Under the pieces are notes generated by a model. It saw nothing but the letters and a program-made list of their open reading frames with translations. It made no database searches and was not told where the DNA came from. Shown in pieces: positions 62,842 to 64,000 of a stretch of 64,000 nt of DNA. The stretch is taken from the NCBI GenBank assembly GCA_019746485.1, contig JAIERW010000022.1:3280-67279 (forward strand), read 5' to 3'. Made by a program: the position numbers and the translations under genes. Numbering within the stretch: the stretch's first letter is position 1; every line of letters starts with the position of its first letter. The stretch is from Candidatus Babeliales bacterium (GTDB taxonomy: Bacteria > Babelota > Babeliae > Babelales > RVW-14).

Positions 62842-63528
62842 CTATGATTGTTGTACCATGAGATCGGCAAGTATTTTTCGGAATTGTGCCTTGAATTCTT
62901 CGCTTACAAAGTAATCAAAATCAGCTTCAAGCATGAAGGTGTAACGATTTGTAAAACCGCCAAGAATTACCAGCGTGGCTGCCCTGAGAATGAATATTTG
63001 GTCAGCACTGAGGAACTTGCCATTGTTGAGCAAAATGCGTTCTTTTGGGGAGGCGCTCATGACAAAATCTGCGGGGAAGTTGCCCTCTTCTTTTGCCAGA
63101 TCAATAAGTTCTTTGCTGAAGTGAAAAAATTCTCTTGACCATGCGCTTAGTCGCGTTTCTTGGGATGAATTTTCTTCGTTCAATTCTTCTGCGACACAGA
63201 ACCAGGCTTCAGATTCTTTAACAACTTTGTGCAACATCTCATCTGCTTTTGCTACCGCGTCTTGATGATCGGCGATAAATTTCCTGAGGCCTTTTTGTTC
63301 AAATTCTAGATACAGGTCATACACTGAGCTGTTGAGTAGCATGCCTCTTTTTTCTGCTTCATTACGCACAAACTTAAGTGTTTCATCGATCATTTCTTTG
63401 CCAGCGAGTTGAATGACTTTTTCGGGCACGTTGTTGATACTGTTCAGCAATGCTTTTTCTTCTGTATTAGCTGCGGCTGCAAGATGGCTGGTTGCAAAAA
63501 GCAGCGAGATTACCAAAAGTTTCTTCAT
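62842..63528 (-). CDS. Secreted hypothetical protein, paralog of 61977-62816
   Basis: MKKLLVISLLFATSHLAAAA, collinear with the downstream paralog. Confidence 0.72.
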   Translation of the reverse strand: MKKLLVISLLFATSHLAAAANTEEKALLNSINNVPEKVIQLAGKEMIDETLKFVRNEAEKRGMLLNSSVYDLYLEFEQKGLRKFIADHQDAVAKADEMLHKVVKESEAWFCVAEELNEENSSQETRLSAWSREFFHFSKELIDLAKEEGNFPADFVMSASPKERILLNNGKFLSADQIFILRAATLVILGGFTNRYTFMLEADFDYFVSEEFKAQFRKILADLMVQQS

Positions 63529-63619
63529 ACAAACTCCTTAAAAATATGAGGATTATTTTATTTGGACAGAGTTTAGGATGCTACAATGTTTTTTGCAAGC
63601 AATGATGTTTTGTTAAAAA

Positions 63620-64000
63620 TTACTCTTTGCTACACTCGTAAAAAATGATTGGGGTGTTGGGGTCGCTTGCCGGTTCTTTCCGGTAATTGCAATATTTTTT
63701 GATGTGAGAAAATCCTGCTTGGGCAAGCAAGGTGTCCATCTCGTCAAATCGATAAAGATACATATAAAAATCTTCTTCTTCTGTTGCCAGAACTTTGTTG
63801 TTAACAATAGATTCATAGCGACAGAGTGACTTGAATAGTTGCTTTTCTGGTTCGTACGATATCAGTATTTTGAGTGCGATCTGTGAACCATCGGCTCGTG
63901 TGTTGGTAATCTGCCGCCATACGCCGCTGGGCTGTGGCAGCGATGCAACCGTTTCAATTTCCAACACAAACTTTCCGCCCGGTGCCAAGTGGCGGTACAT
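63620..64000 (-). CDS. C-terminal part of a probable SAM-dependent methyltransferase (N-terminus outside the window)
   Basis: The YRHLAPGGKFVLEIE-type strand is typical after MTase motif IV-V. The ORF runs to the window edge, so the ATG there is probably internal. Confidence 0.5.
   Translation of the reverse strand: MYRHLAPGGKFVLEIETVASLPQPSGVWRQITNTRADGSQIALKILISYEPEKQLFKSLCRYESIVNNKVLATEEEDFYMYLYRFDEMDTLLAQAGFSHIKKYCNYRKEPASDPNTPIIFYECSKE

Overview
Gene-dense bacterial window. By my count it holds about 50 protein-coding genes, 4 tRNA genes and several short repeat families. No rRNA, CRISPR array, integrase or classical IS element was seen.

Housekeeping genes are recognisable from textbook motifs: mraY, pheS, galU, a folC-like Mur ligase, tsaC, an nrnA-like DHH phosphoesterase, trxB, a 2-Cys peroxiredoxin, two HIT proteins, a PilC/GspF-type platform protein, yggU, csaA, an NtrY-like sensor kinase, Fic, MarR, SAM methyltransferases and a histidine phosphatase.

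These are interspersed with an unusually high load of eukaryote-like, tandemly duplicated, signal-peptide-bearing proteins:
- Ten ankyrin-repeat proteins. One is fused to a C3HC4 RING finger. Four sit in a six-gene tandem array and end in CaaX prenylation boxes (CCIQ, CSIQ, CALL, CLIL).
- An operon of three giant paralogs (1167-1359 aa). Each combines a conserved N-domain, a poly-Ser/acidic/KRxR (NLS-like) linker, an unrecognised domain with an invariant Cys and His, and HEAT/ARM-like repeats. One of the three also ends in a CaaX box (CAIQ).
- Four back-to-back paralogs of a roughly 900 aa surface-type protein. Each has about 14-residue NNSNA repeats, a nearly identical beta-helix-like core, a 7-blade WSPDG propeller and a conserved C-terminal tail.

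This content fits an obligate or facultative associate of a eukaryotic host, such as an amoeba symbiont. Taxonomy cannot be fixed from the sequence alone.

All four tRNA genes are immediately followed by a conserved trailer element of about 45 nt. That element belongs to a modular MITE-like repeat family with further copies in the window.

All functional calls are motif-level readings of the supplied translations. No database search was run.
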